Positions 18,288 to 33,887 are shown, counted from the stretch's first letter. The stretch is 64,000 nt of DNA from the human T2T-CHM13v2.0 reference genome, Homo sapiens (GCF_009914755.1 NC_060930.1), one strand, 5' to 3'. Notes: generated by a model from the letters alone, not told the origin. A program made the numbers and translations.

Positions 18288-19145
18288 AAAAATCAGCTTC
18301 TTTAACCTTTAATCTCTGAAAAAATAAATCAGTTTAACCTTTAATCTCCGAAGATCACAGCCAAAGAAATACATGAAAAGGAACAAGTATTAAATAATAT
18401 ATACTTCTAGCTGTGCTGTTTATAGTTTTGGGAAAAAAATGGAAATAACCTAAGGTCCCAGAAATAGGAAAATGGGCACAAAAGGGTATGCAGGCAATGG
18501 TTTAGCTGCCGCATGAATACACACTGAATACACTGTGAGATGTTGTCTGTTAGAATGCCCAGCACGGGGACTGTCCACATGGAAAGAGGCACAGGAAAAA
18601 AAGTGAAAACATTATAAAATAACTTCTTAAAATTAAATAATGTACACGTCAAAAATATCAGAGCCCACTTGACCTGGTATATACAGTTTAATAACCACAT
18701 GGCTCTTTTTTCCTGTAGGCCTGGGTAGGTGCATAGTTTCTAAAAAGGGAGAGAACTGTCACTGCTGTGGATGGGGTGCCAAGGGAAGTGCCTGGGGTCA
18801 AGTGAACAGTGACACAACTGCAAGTCAAGAGCCTGTGTTGGAGTCTTTCCCCACTATTTCAAATAGTATAGAAAATAGAGCTGAGTCACTCAAATAGAGC
18901 TGAGTTAGTCACTCAGCTCTTGGACCTCAGATTCTTATTCTTAACCGCTAGGGGGATGGAGACAGAAGTCACAAACTCACATGCCACCAGCCATATGATG
19001 TAAACATGTAAACTGGGCCAAGGAATACAAAAGGGAGTGGTGAGCTGGGGACACTGAAGAATGGATGCCCTGTCTAGAGGAGTGAAAATGAAGCATTTCA
19101 TACAAACAACATGATTTCGGGCAATCACTTTGGGAATCAGGATAA

Positions 19146-19930
<785 letters not shown>

Positions 19931-21999
19931 TCTGCTTCCCTGGGCTTTGCCAGGCCTCCCTATGCATTGTGATAGCCAAAGTTTGCTTTCTACAAAGTCA
20001 CCTCCAGGCAGTGACTGTCCACCAGGGCACTGTAGAGCCTCCCAGCTAATGATGAAGTCACTCACTCTCCTCTCTTTTTCCTTTAAGATAATCCCTTTCC
20101 AGACCCGCCATTTTGGCTCACCCTGTAAGTTACAGCCCCACTTCTCACTGCCAAGTGTGGGTGTCACTGCTGGCTCAGGGAGCATGGATCCTGTAAACTT
20201 GCCTCATCGGGAGGCTTTGAGGAGTGACCCCCAGGAACTAGACAAGTAACTTGTTCTTCACAATCACTGCCCTCCCAAGAACATCCAGGATTTCAGCCTC
20301 AGTGCTAAGACAACCATGTCTCTCCCTGACACATGCTCGCTGCTGAGAATTCTAGGAAAAGCAGAGGGCTGTGCAGGCGCCCCTGCCCCTAGGCTAGGAG
20401 AGCTGGCAAATGCCTGGAGACCCAAAGGCCTCATCCTCAGGGCGGCCAACTCTTCTGTTTTAGTGATATACAGACTATCTTTTATTGTGATTTATAGTGC
20501 AACTTACCGGTTCAAACAATACTACCTGTATTCATAAACTTTCTTTTTCCTTTCCTTCCTCACTGCCCAGCTTTAGGTTCATTCTTGTAAGTGTTGCTGG
20601 TGTCAGAATAGGAACCTCCCTGCGCTTTGAAGGGATGAATGTGACCTCTCCCACATTCTCCGGTGCTGTGATGTACCTTAAACACAGCAAGGTACTTGGA
20701 CACAAAGCCTGTGCCTGGAGCACTTTCAGACAGACAGTGCATGGCCCTCGCTACAGACTCAGTGCCATTGTAGATGTTTCTGCATGGAAAATACATAAAC
20801 ACAAATATCTGCAGTTGCCAATCCACCACCATCTTGCAGCCCCAAGAGAGCCCCGGGAATCCAGGTTCCTTTGGTATTTCTGCTCCCTGCCCTTGGTGCA
20901 TAGCCTCCATCCCCAGGACGACAAGAAGGCTGACTGAGCCCTAACATCATCCCACAGTCCAGCTGGGAAGAGAGCCAGCGACAAAGCCAGAGGGAGCTAG
21001 CTCCCACACCTCCCAGCCCCAGCTGAGTTCGCTTCTTGAGGGTATTTCTTGGAAGCCCCGCCTGTGACTTCTGCTGACACCTCACTGGCCATCTCAACTG
21101 CAAGGCAGCCTAGGAAATGTAGTGCTTACCTGTACACGTGGATTCCTGGAATCAATTCAGGGTCTGTCCTTGGGGAACCAGAGTGGGGATATTCAGTCAC
21201 TAAAGATGCAGGTTCCCAGCTGTCCAGTGAAGTCAAGCGAATGGGGAAGGATTTGAAGTCACCTTTGGGTGTTTGGAGTGATCAGAGCTGTCTGCCCTCT
21301 TGGGGAGTGACAGTGCCCCACTCTGTTAAGTCCCATGCCTGCCCCCAACTCAGCTTCAGCCACAATGATGTAGCCTCTTTTCCTTTCCATCCACAGGGCA
21401 CCTGGCCTGGGTGGAGCCCACTCCTCAGCACCCACCTCACTTCTTGCAGTATTCTGCAGACCCCAGCCCTGTGCCTGTGCTCCTGGACAGCTGGAGATAA
21501 GGAGTGGGCCCTGGAAGATGCTCATTCAGGCCCTGCTCAAGATTCCAGTCCTGGTGGGGATAAGCACCACTTTTGTGTGTCTCTGTGCTTTTTGTTTTGC
21601 TGTAAAGACACACTGATAGGTTCACGTTGTCGTTTGGACACAACATGCGCGATGCGTGTCTTCACACTAAGCCCTAGTCACACTCTCTGCATTGTTTTTT
21701 TATCCCATTTTTTCCTACTGTGGTACAGAACATCTCACATAAAATTGACCATTTTAACCACTTTTTTTGTTTGTTTGTTTTTTGTGTTTTTGGACAGAGT
21801 CTCGCTCTGTCTCAGCCTCCCGAGTAGCTGGGATTACAGGTGCACACCACCACGCCCGGCTAATTTTTGTATTTTTAGTAGAGACGGAGTTTCGCCATGT
21901 TGGCCAGGCTGGTCTCGGACTCCTGACCTCAGGTAATCCACCTGCCTCAGCCTCCCAAAGTGCTGGGATTACAGGTGTGAGCCACGGTGCCTGACCTCA

Positions 22000-22530
22000 T
22001 TTTAGCCACTTTTAAGGGTAGAATTTTCTGGCTGTTTTCATTCATGTACTGATAGACACTTGGGTTGCTTCCATGTTTTAGCTGTTGTGGAAAATGCTGC
22101 TTTGAACATGGGTGGGCAAGTGGTTTTCAAGACCCTGCTTTCAGTTTTTTGGGTTCAGAGTAACGAATGGAATTGCTGAGTCATATGTTAATTCTCATTT
22201 TTCTAATTGTAATTTTTGGGGGCACAGCACCTCTCCAGCAGCGGCAGCACTCGACCTTTCCCCAGCGGTGCACGGGGTTCCAACTTCTCCGCATCCTCAC
22301 CTACGTGTGTTTTGTTTTTTGGTAGTAGTAGCCATTCTAATGCGTGTGATATGGGATCTCATTGTGGTTTTGATTTGCATTTCCCTAATGATTAGTGATG
22401 CTAAGCATCTTTTCATGGCTTACTGACCATTCATACATCTTTGGAGAAAAGCCTACACAAGCCTTCTGCCCATTTTTGCATTGAGTTGTTTGCTTTGTTG
22501 TTGTTAAGTTTTATCTGAGCTGTTTTTTTA
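22000..22530 (-). mobile_element. Old L1M 3' fragment
   Basis: CTCATTGTGGTTTTGATTTGCATTTCCCTAATGATTAGTGATG and related reverse L1 motifs. Confidence 0.8.
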
Positions 22531-23369
22531 TGGTAGGGAGAGTGGGTTTGTTGGAGTCTCCTTGTATCTCCCAGAAGGAAGCCAGAATTTCAGAGATGGC
22601 CAGGAGGGGGTGAGGCCAAAGGCTCCCCTGGGGAGAACTCACGTTTTTCCAGAGCCCCATTGTGTGCCAGCCACCGCACATAGCAACTGTCTCTCTCTCA
22701 CTCTTCTGGGCCATGCTGTGACTTTGTTGATGAGGAGGTTGAGGCACAGAGGGGTGGAGGGATGTGCTGCAGGGCCCACAGCTACAATGGGCAGAGCTGG
22801 AAATTGCACCAAGTCTGTCTGATGCGGGGGTCTCCTCTGCTCCTCTGGCCTCCGCTGCATCCCTGGAGAATCTCTGAGACTTCTGGTTAGAGCCTGGGTC
22901 TAAGCCAACTCCCATTATTTTCAAGTGAGGGGAAGGGCCGACAACTGCCAGTGCTGGCCCACCAGAGTCTGGCACCAGCCGAGGAGTGCACGCACCCATT
23001 GGTGGTGTGGCGGTTCACTGATCCCCCAGCCTTCTGCTCGATCTACGGGGAAAACTGGGGAAGGCAGGAAGGCCAAGGAGGCTCAACTCCTGCTTCCTAC
23101 CGTGGCTCATTTCCTGGGTCCTTTGCTGTATGACTGTCTGGATGGAAGGTTCAGAGTCCTCTCAAAAAAGGAAAAAAGTATGGGTTTTGACATCCTGCGT
23201 GGCTTGTCCTCTGAGGCCTAAATCTCCAGAAGATTCCTGGCCTCTCTTGAGAGGTCTTTCTCTGATGTGTTTGCGTGTCTGTCAGGAAGCAGCAGTGATG
23301 CCTAGATGTGGTACATTCGACCTCACCTATGCCTCTCCCCACCCCCTCTGGGTTCGTTTTGTCTTCCAG

Positions 23370-23454
23370 ATTGCTGGACTCGCTGAAGAGAGACTACGCA
23401 GGAAAGCCCCAGCCACCCATCAAATCAGAGAGAAGGAATCCACCTTCTTACGCT
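23370..23454 (+). other. NQO2: NQO2 exon 2, 5' UTR part
   Basis: Acceptor TTTTGTCTTCCAG|A at 23369/23370. Confidence 0.9.
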
Positions 23455-23461
23455 ATGGCAG
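23455..23461 (+). CDS. NQO2: NQO2 coding exon 2 (ATG GCA G)
   Basis: GCTATGGCAG|GTAATG; in frame with exon 3 to give MAGKKVL. Confidence 0.95.
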
Positions 23462-23999
23462 GTAATGATTCACTATTGTGGAGTAAGACTTTTTTTTTTT
23501 TGAGATGGGATTTTGTTGTATTGCCCAGGCTGGTCTCAAACTCCTGAGCTCAAGTGACCCTCCCACATTGACCTTCCAGGTGGGAGTTAGACTCTTAATC
23601 AGAAATTGGATACATTGTTGTAAAAAATCCAAGCCACGTGGAAGTGTATAAACTATCTGGAATTATCTTGTTTTCTATGTTCTCACTTGTTTCATTGTTC
23701 CTTTCGACTCCCTCCAGAATTTAGGTTCCTCAAAAGTGGGGCCCTGCCTATCCTGTCTTTGCTGTGCCTCCAGGCCCTGAAATTCTCCCTGGGCTGTAGC
23801 AGGGGCTCAAGTGAATGAACCCCAGGAGGCATCTTGGGTAAAAATTCAGTACGATTCTATCTTTGCTTTTGCAACTGCTTATCATGCACATATACATGAA
23901 CATGCAATCTCTCAACTTTTTAATTTCACCTAACGATATAACATGGAGAGCCTTTCGTGTTAGAACGCACAGGTTCACCTTACTCTATACATTATGGTG

Positions 24000-24227
24000 T
24001 AGATTCGGATTTTCGCCCTTGGCACCACTGACATTCTGGGCCAGATAATCCTATGTTTTGGGGGGTCATCCTGTGCACCCTGTTTAGCACCTAGCACCAT
24101 CCCTGGCCTCTGCCCACCAGATGCCAGTAGCACCCCTCCCCCACCGGCTGTGACAAACCAAAATGTCTCCAGGCATTGAGAAACGTCCCCTAGCAGGCAC
24201 AACACTGCCCCAGTTGAGAACCATTGG
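24000..24227 (+). mobile_element. MER20 DNA transposon
   Basis: GGCACCACTGACATT...CCCTGGCCTCT...GATGCCAGTAGCACC...GTTGAGAACCA motifs. Confidence 0.8.
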
Positions 24228-25036
24228 TGTAGGTATTTCATTTGCATCTATTCTCCTGTTAAGCCCCTAAGTATAGTTCCTTTATTGAAACAAGAGTCTG
24301 AGAAAGTAAAATTAAAATGTTAACCATGAATCTAACTTATGGAATTCAACCTTTGTAGCCAGCTCAATGCCCTGAAACCCATTGCTTCAAACTGATACGT
24401 GTATCTTTTCCTTAAAGTGTCATTATGAAAAATTTAAATCAAGAGTTTAACATCTTCTTAAAGGTGACCAGGGTAAATTTAATTAAGCAAATCACCAGGC
24501 TGCCTCCCAGACGAAGTCAGTATATAAGCCTGGAGACTCTTTCCAATGAGGAAAATACTGCTTCAGAAGCCCCTGGTGTGAACGATACTGCCAGTGCCAG
24601 GAGGGCCTGACTCTTCCTAGAGTCCTCTTTGTTATCAGCATCACCACTGAAAGATGGGCTCCATGTGGCCCTGCCTTCCCATGAGACCAGCGGGTCTGAT
24701 TCCTCATGTTTTGTTTAAGTGTCAGATTTGATGGACTGGGGGAGATGGAAGCAGAACTGTGCCACACTGAAAGGTGCCTGTAGCTGATATCTGCAAATGT
24801 AGGGTTAGCATGGAAGACTAATTCCAGCAGTTCTTTATTTTGGTGTTAGGGAGCTGGTCTAAACCTTCTTACAGAGGATAACCAAATTAGGTTGGGCTTT
24901 TAAAAGATTTAGTGGTGGTATTTTTGAGGAGATATAATTTGACCCATTGTATTGTGATGTTGAGCTATGAATAACTGGATTTTTAAAATGCCCATTGCTT
25001 TAAAACTGCCACCTATTAGAAAGTTTGGTATTTCTG

Positions 25037-25503
<467 letters not shown>

Positions 25504-25528
25504 TTAGCTGGGCGTAGTGGCACACATC

Positions 25529-26638
25529 TATCGGGGGAAATTCAGCCAGATATTGGGCGAAATTCACCCCCAATATTTCACGTAGGTTCTTTTCTATATT
25601 TCCTAAGTGTCGGCCGGTCTGAGAAATAAACGGACAGAGTACAAAAGAGAGAAATTTTAAAGCTGGGTGTCCAGGGGAGACATCACATGTCGGCAGGTTC
25701 CGTGATGCCCCCAAGCCGTAAAACCAGCAAGTTTTTATTAGTGATTTTCCAAAGGGGAGGGAGTGTACAAATAGAGTGTGGGTCACAGAGATCACATGCT
25801 TCACAAGGTAATAGAATATCACAAAGCAAATGGAGGCAGGGCGAGATCACAGGACCACGGGACGGGGCGAAATTAAAATTGCTAATGAAGTTTTGGGCAC
25901 CATTGTCATTGAGAACATCTTATCAGGAGCCAGGGTTTGAGAGCAGACAACCGATCTGACCAAAATTTATTAGGCAGGAATTTCCTTGTCTTAATAAGCC
26001 TGGGAGCGCTACGGGAGACTGGGGCTTATTTCATCCCTACAGCTGGACCATAAAAGACAGCTGCCGCCCCGAAGCGGCCATTTCAGAGGCCCACCCTCAG
26101 GGACGCATTCTCTTTCTCAGGGATGTTCCTTGCTGAGAAAAAGAATTCAGCGATATTTCTCCCATTTGCTTTTGAAAGAAGAGAAATATGTCTCTGTTCC
26201 GCCTGGCTCACCGGCAGTGAGAGTTTAAGGTTATCTCTCTTGTTCCCTGAACATTGCTGTTATCCTGTTCTTTTTTCAAGGTGCCCAGATTTCATATTGT
26301 TCAAACACACATGCTCTGCAAACAATTTGTGCAGTTAACACAATCATCACAGGGTCCTGAGGCAATATACATCCTCCTCAGCTTATGAAGATGATGGGAT
26401 TAAGAGATTAAAGTAAAGACAAGCATAGGAAATCACATGGGTATTGATTGGGGAAGTGATAACTGTCCATGAAATCTTCACAATTTACGTTCAGAGATTG
26501 CAGTAAAGACAGGCATAAGAAATTACAAAAGTATTAATTTGGGGAACTAATAAATGTCCACGAAATCTTCACAATTTATATTCTTCTGCCATGGCCTCAG
26601 CCAGTTGCTCCATTCGGGGTCCCTGACTTCCCACGAAA
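25529..26638 (-). mobile_element. MER11 solo LTR (HERV-K/HML-8 type) inserted into an AluS (25369-25528 and 26639-26800)
   Basis: Ends in GGGGTCCCTGACTTCCC (reverse of the MER11 start); near-TSD CACATC/CACACC; Alu resumes at CACCTGTAGTCCC. Confidence 0.85.
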
Positions 26639-26662
26639 CACACCTGTAGTCCCAGCTAGTCA

Positions 26663-26824
<162 letters not shown>

Positions 26825-26926
26825 TTACTATGATGCACCTGAACATTCAATTTTCATCTTAGTCTTCATTGAATTTAACAGAGAGAGGTTGTTCTTCAAG
26901 AGGAACTGTTTCTTATCCTGATTTAG

Positions 26927-27091
26927 GTAAGAAAGTACTCATTGTCTATGCACACCAGGAACCCAAGTCTTTCAACGGATCCTTGAAGAATGTGGCTGTA
27001 GATGAACTGAGCAGGCAGGGCTGCACCGTCACAGTGTCTGATTTGTATGCCATGAACCTTGAGCCGAGGGCCACAGACAAAGATATCACTG
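26927..27091 (+). CDS. NQO2: NQO2 exon 3 (GKKVLIVYAHQEPKSFNGSLK...DKDITG), FAD-binding N-terminal region
   Basis: TTTAG| acceptor, |GTGAGT donor, 165 nt; matches NRH:quinone oxidoreductase 2. Confidence 0.98.
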
Positions 27092-27154
27092 GTGAGTCAT
27101 GGGATAAATGCTCTATTTATAAAAACCATCTTTATGTTTTTTACTTTAAAAAAT

Positions 27155-29110
27155 GTTGACTTCCAGCTGCAAAATGGCATTATAGAAGCAAGCTAGCTTC
27201 ACTTTCCAAAAACAAATAGATAGCACTGGGATTATCACCAGCAGTATCCCAGAAGTCAAATATGAAGATGAAATAGTTCCCAAGACCACACATAAGTGAA
27301 ACAACTCCAAGCAGACGGTAAGAGATTGGACTATCATATCCACGACACCCCTCCCCACAAACTACCCAGCACCAGCTGTGTGGGAAATTTCCTCCCAAGT
27401 CACAGGTTCTACACTGGAAAAGAGATCAAGGGGGACAATCAGCTTCTCAATTTTCTGGGGTTCCCAGAAACAGGCAGGAAGGAGACCTGTTCCTGCCTCA
27501 ACCCACAGGAAGCATCAGGAGTGCCTAAAGGGAGAAATATCCCTGACAACAGCCAGAGACAAAGGAGGGAGATGGGAATATTGTCCCCAGCCCTGGAAAC
27601 TCTGATCTGTAACTTAGCCAAAGGAGATGCCAAACCAGAGTGGCTGTTCAGCAGCACCACACTGTAGGAGGTACATTCTGCAGGTTTCCTGGGCATGAGC
27701 TGCTAGCCAGCCTTCCCACACTACCATGCTATCCCCTTTGGAACCTCTCATATTCAGGACTGGCACACTCTGAACAGTAGGTTACTAGAGCTGAGGCAAA
27801 CGTGGGCATAAACCACCATCTAGTGCCAAAAAGCAGGTGGTGGCTTAGTAGAGGAAAAAAAAAAAATTTAATAAGAAAGTTGCAAAGACTTTCTAAGCAA
27901 ATATATGTAATAAAAATGAAAACAAGTCAGACATAGAAGACTGAAATAAATAGATGTCATCCACAAGAAACAACAGTAAACAGGGAACCATGACCTCTCC
28001 ACACAGACAAAGCAAGGAACCAGTGACTGAACCTAACGAGACGGCACTGTTTGGACTCTCTGACCAAGAATTCAGAATAGCACTTTTAAGGAAATGTGGT
28101 AATCCTCAAGATCACACAGAAAAGCAGTTCAGAAATTTATCAGTTAAATTTTACAAAGAGATTGAAATAATTTTTAAAAAATCAAACAGAAATCTTGGAA
28201 CTAGAAATACATTTGCTGAAAAATTCATTAGAGGCTCTCAACAGCAGAATGGATGAAGCAGAAGAAAAAATCAGTGAACTCAAAGGCAGGTGATTTGAAA
28301 ATACACAGAGGAGAAAAAAGAAAAAGGTATGGAGATTTCTTACAAAATATAGAAAATTACCTCAAAAGACCAAATCTAAGAATGATTGGTGCTTAAGAGG
28401 AAGCTGAGCAAGAGCAAGGCATAGCAAGCTTATTCAAAGAAATAATAACAGAAAAATTTTCCAAAACTTCAGAAAGAGATAAATATCCTGGTAGAGGAAG
28501 GTCATAGAATAAACAGATTTGACTCAAATAGGACTACCCCAAGGCATATAATTATTAAACTCTCAAAGGTCAAGAACAAAAAGAGGATCCTAAAAGCAAA
28601 TAACATGTAACAGAGCTCCAGTTCATCTGGCAACAGACTTCTCAACAGAAAACATATAGGCCAGGAGGTAGTGGGACATTTTCAAAGTGCTGAAAGAACA
28701 AAACTGTCAACCAAGAATACTGTACCCAGCAAATCTAGCCTTCAACTCTGAAAGAGAGAGAGTCTTTCCCAAACAAAGAAAAGCTGAGAAAATGCACCAC
28801 CACCAGACCCACCTTACAAGAAATGCTAAAGGGAATTCAATAAGAAAGAAAAACACTAATGTGCAAAAAGAAAACATTTGAAGATGTAAAACCCACTGGT
28901 AAAAGTAAGTACACAGAACACTCTAATACTGTAATTGTGTACAGTCCACTCATTACTAGTATTAAGTCTAACAGACAAATCTATCAAAAACAATAATCAC
29001 TACGTGACCTGTTAAGAGCCAAAGATAAGCAATATAAAATATGTAAATCAAGACACAGATACTCAAAAATGTGGAGGTGAGCATGAAATTAAAGCGTAGA
29101 GTTTATTTTT
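27155..29110 (+). mobile_element. Old L1 5' UTR and degraded ORF1
   Basis: ORF fragments 27954..28256 and 28687..28881 (LKEQNCQPRILYPA) resemble L1 ORF1p. Confidence 0.8.
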
Positions 29111-29420
29111 TTAGACCTGTTTGGCATTGAACAAGACATCCAGCCTCTCTTGGGTGTCAGTTTGCTCTCTGGTAAATTGGGAAATACACCAGTCTCACCA
29201 GTTGTTATGAAGAAAGGTGATGTGTGTAGAGCACAGCACCTGCTAGGTAGCAAGTGCTCAATCAGCAGCCCTCCCAGACTGCTTCTCTTTCCCTAGCTCG
29301 GACCCAGGGTGCAGCTTCTGGTCAGGTTGCAGCAAATGTCTTTGACTTGTCTGAGGAGTCCGGTATACACAGTGCTACTGGGATGGTTGGGATGGGCTGT
29401 GGATGCCCACCTAGGAGTGA

Positions 29421-30156
<736 letters not shown>

Positions 30157-32431
30157 GATGTAACACTACTTTAAACACTTTACCTAATTGGGTAAAGATA
30201 TCCACGTAGCCAATATCACTCACTCCAAATCCCGACTGCCATGTAAATAGGAATGAAGGATATTTCCATTATTCCAGTGGTCCAAGAATCATCTGAAACC
30301 TGCCAGTCTTGTTGCTTCCCTTCTCTTCCCGTTCCTGCCCTGAGACATTCTGGGGCTGCTTGAGAACCACATTTATCTGCACAAATGTTTATCAGGGTAA
30401 ATCAGGCCAAATGCATCTCCTTAAATATCCTGCCTTAAATATCCTGATCATTAAGAGGAAAATCTCTGGTTTCTACCCTCTCAGTGGTTGCTTCACCCCC
30501 AGCCCAGCCACCTTCCTGTATTTGTTCACAAGGAGGTGATGCCACTGCAGAGTGAACTGGCCCAGCAAAATGCCCTCCAGGAGTGCTGACTCATCAGGCC
30601 ACTTCCCGCCACTGCAAGGAAGATGTGCAGGCATGGCTGTGGCTGTGTAAACCTGGCAGCAGAGTACGCACATGAGCTTTGAGGGAATTGTTGGGTGACA
30701 GAAATTCCTGTCCAACTAGAAGGAAAGGGGAATCTATTATAAGGGCTCTGGTCACTTGGGCCTCCTGGATCCCAAGGACAGAGCTGTAGCTGCTCTCGTC
30801 CACAGATTCCCATCTGCTCCTTTCTGCCTCTTGGCTCTGTTCTCTCTCACTGCTTGCCAGGGACTGGATCCCCTAGATCCAGAATTTCCAACCAAGGGAT
30901 CTGATTGGTTCAGATCATTTCTGTTTTCCAACCCTGCTTGAGGATGCGGAGTGGGCAGGAGAACGAGAGCACTGTTCGCATGAGTCCGCCATGTGAGGGC
31001 AAGGCAGGGGGTGAGCGGCATGTGACCACTTTCCAGACAAAACCACCTTTCCAGAATGATGAGGTTCCCAAGCCTTCATAAAAGCAACCTGCATGTGCGG
31101 GAAGAGGGCTGCCTCATCCCTGCCCAGGCTTGCCTCTGCACACCCCTTCCCGACACCAGCCCTTTCTTTACTCAGTGACCTTGAGCTGCTAATCTGACCA
31201 AAGTGCAGGACGTCCTTTGTCCTAATTACAGGTGGGTGGACTCATAGTCCTCAGGCCTAGGTGACCATGTGGTTTACCATCTCCGTCTTAATACCATGCC
31301 AGTATGACGGGCCTGTATCCTGGGGTGCGTGGTCCCAGCAGAGCCACGCTGAGCTCTCTGCTCTGCTTCTCCTGTCCCCCTTGGGTCGGCCGGCCACGTG
31401 GAGCCCGCTTTCCTCCTCGCACCCACTCCACTCCCATAACCCGGTGGCTGGGTAGGCTAAGACCTGGCCTTTCTATAATGGCCTTTCTTTTGTTTCACTT
31501 CATTTCACTCCATTTCCCTACTTTCCCTTTTTTTCTGATAGTTTGTCCAGAGGGTCTGCATTATAAGTTATTCTTTTATTCAACATTAATAAAAATTTCA
31601 TTCATCACTACTGCACTACTAATATCAGAGCCCACCACTCACTGAGCATTGATTCTGTTTTGGGCACTGTGGTGTGTCTTCGAATCCTCACCAGGATGCT
31701 GTGAGCTGTGAACTATTAGTAGCCCTATTTGATGAATCAGGAAAAAGGAGGCACAGGGAGGTCAAGTAACTTGCCAATGTCACACAGCAGCAGGTCGTGG
31801 AGCTTGGGTTTCAATGCCAAGTCCTGAGTTTGTTTTATATGGAAAGCACAAGAGACATTGGCTTCCACCTTTGGTAACAGATGATTGCCTATGTTTATTT
31901 CCCTTCCCAGGCGGTAACACTGGATGTAATGTTAGGGCATCTATGGGATAGGGAGATCTTAGCGCTGGTCTAAGGAATACAAACATGACTTTAGTTGGTG
32001 TCTAAATCCATAGATGCTCAGCACCGAACTCAGTCTGACTTCCAGATGCTAACAACACACCCCAGGCAGGCGAAGGGGCATGCTTTTCCATACTCTTCCT
32101 TTTGACTGGCTTGATCACAGACTGCTGCTCCAAAGCTGGTGTTACGCACAGCTCCTCGTCCCCTCCCTGCCTGCCCAGGGCCAGCATCAGGGGCTGTCAT
32201 CACTGGGGGATGCAGAGCTACCTGTAACAGCAACAAGGACCATTGTCAACTCCGTTCCCGTCTGACACCCACACTGCACCTTTCAGAGCTGACCATAAGG
32301 GTTACCCTCACCTGCCCAGCTGCCAGGGAAGAGGAGGGCTGTGGGCTTCATTCCGAATCACCAGATAAACTAAACTAGGAAACCTGAGGCGAGCCGCAGC
32401 CTCAGTTTCTCTTTGGTGTTGCCGCCCACAG

Positions 32432-32545
32432 TTCCCGCTGTACTGGTTCAGCGTGCCAGCCATCCTGAAGGGCTGGATGGATAGGGTGCTGTGCCAGGGC
32501 TTTGCCTTTGACATCCCAGGATTCTACGATTCCGGTTTGCTCCAG
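32432..32545 (+). CDS. NQO2: NQO2 exon 5 ([19 protein letters not shown]...GLLQ)
   Basis: ACAG| acceptor, CAG|GTATGT donor, 114 nt; flavodoxin-fold PLYWF motif. Confidence 0.98.
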
Positions 32546-33049
32546 GTATGTGCTCTTGGATAAGGATCACTATGGATAGTTGGAGGGAGGGGACAGAGGA
32601 TGCGTCTTCTATCAAGTTATATTTCTAGTTTCCTTCCTTTTCTTAGCAAATATCGATTGAGCACCCACTATGTACAAAGCACCATGTGCTGCACACGGGT
32701 GGACACAGCATCGTTTCTGAAATCATGGAGCTTTTTGTCTGGTGGGGCTGCGAACACATCCACAGCATACTACACGCATGGCAAACAAGGGAGTGGGTCA
32801 GGTGTCAGGTGACGGGGGACCTGGGCAACCTTATGTGGGCAACCCGGTGGCCAGCCCTGGCTCCAGAGAGAGTATCTCCCTGGTGCAGAGCCCAGCCCTG
32901 GCCTGGCACAAGTTCACCCCCTTGAGCATCATGTGCCTGCTGTGAGAAAAGACCATGCGACACCCACGTGGCAGGATGAGGAGGGCATGGAATCTGGTAG
33001 ATGTGCCACATGTGGTAGCTATGAATTCTTACTAAAACAATGATTTTTA

Positions 33050-33493
<444 letters not shown>

Positions 33494-33785
33494 TCAGTGC
33501 CTCGGCCGTATCCATCACACATGGTGTCATGGAAACCAGGTTTCCACCAGCAACCTGGGCATGTTAGAGCTTCTGTGTCTGCTTGGTCCATTCACTTGGA
33601 TTGTCTCCTCCTCCTCTTGGGATGTCATTGTCACCTATGGATGGGAGTGTTGCATTTGTCCATCCCTGGAGGGTGTCCACACGCATGTTCCCTGCTGGCT
33701 GTGCTGAGCCCGTGTGCTGGAGGCTCAGCAACATTTCTGTCCTCTTCTGGAGTCCACACAAATGCATCTGCTTTCTCCCTTGCAG

Positions 33786-33887
33786 GGTAAACTAGCGCTC
33801 CTTTCCGTAACCACGGGAGGCACGGCCGAGATGTACACGAAGACAGGAGTCAATGGAGATTCTCGATACTTCCTGTGGCCACTCCAG
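33786..33887 (+). CDS. NQO2: NQO2 exon 6 (GKLALLSVTTGGTAEMY...WPLQ)
   Basis: TGCAG| acceptor, CAG|GTAGAC donor, 102 nt; TTGG flavin-binding motif. Confidence 0.98.

Noticed and set aside
21049-21936. 295-aa ORF in NQO2 intron 1
   Set aside because: Non-ATG start, no recognisable homology, ends in Alu sequence
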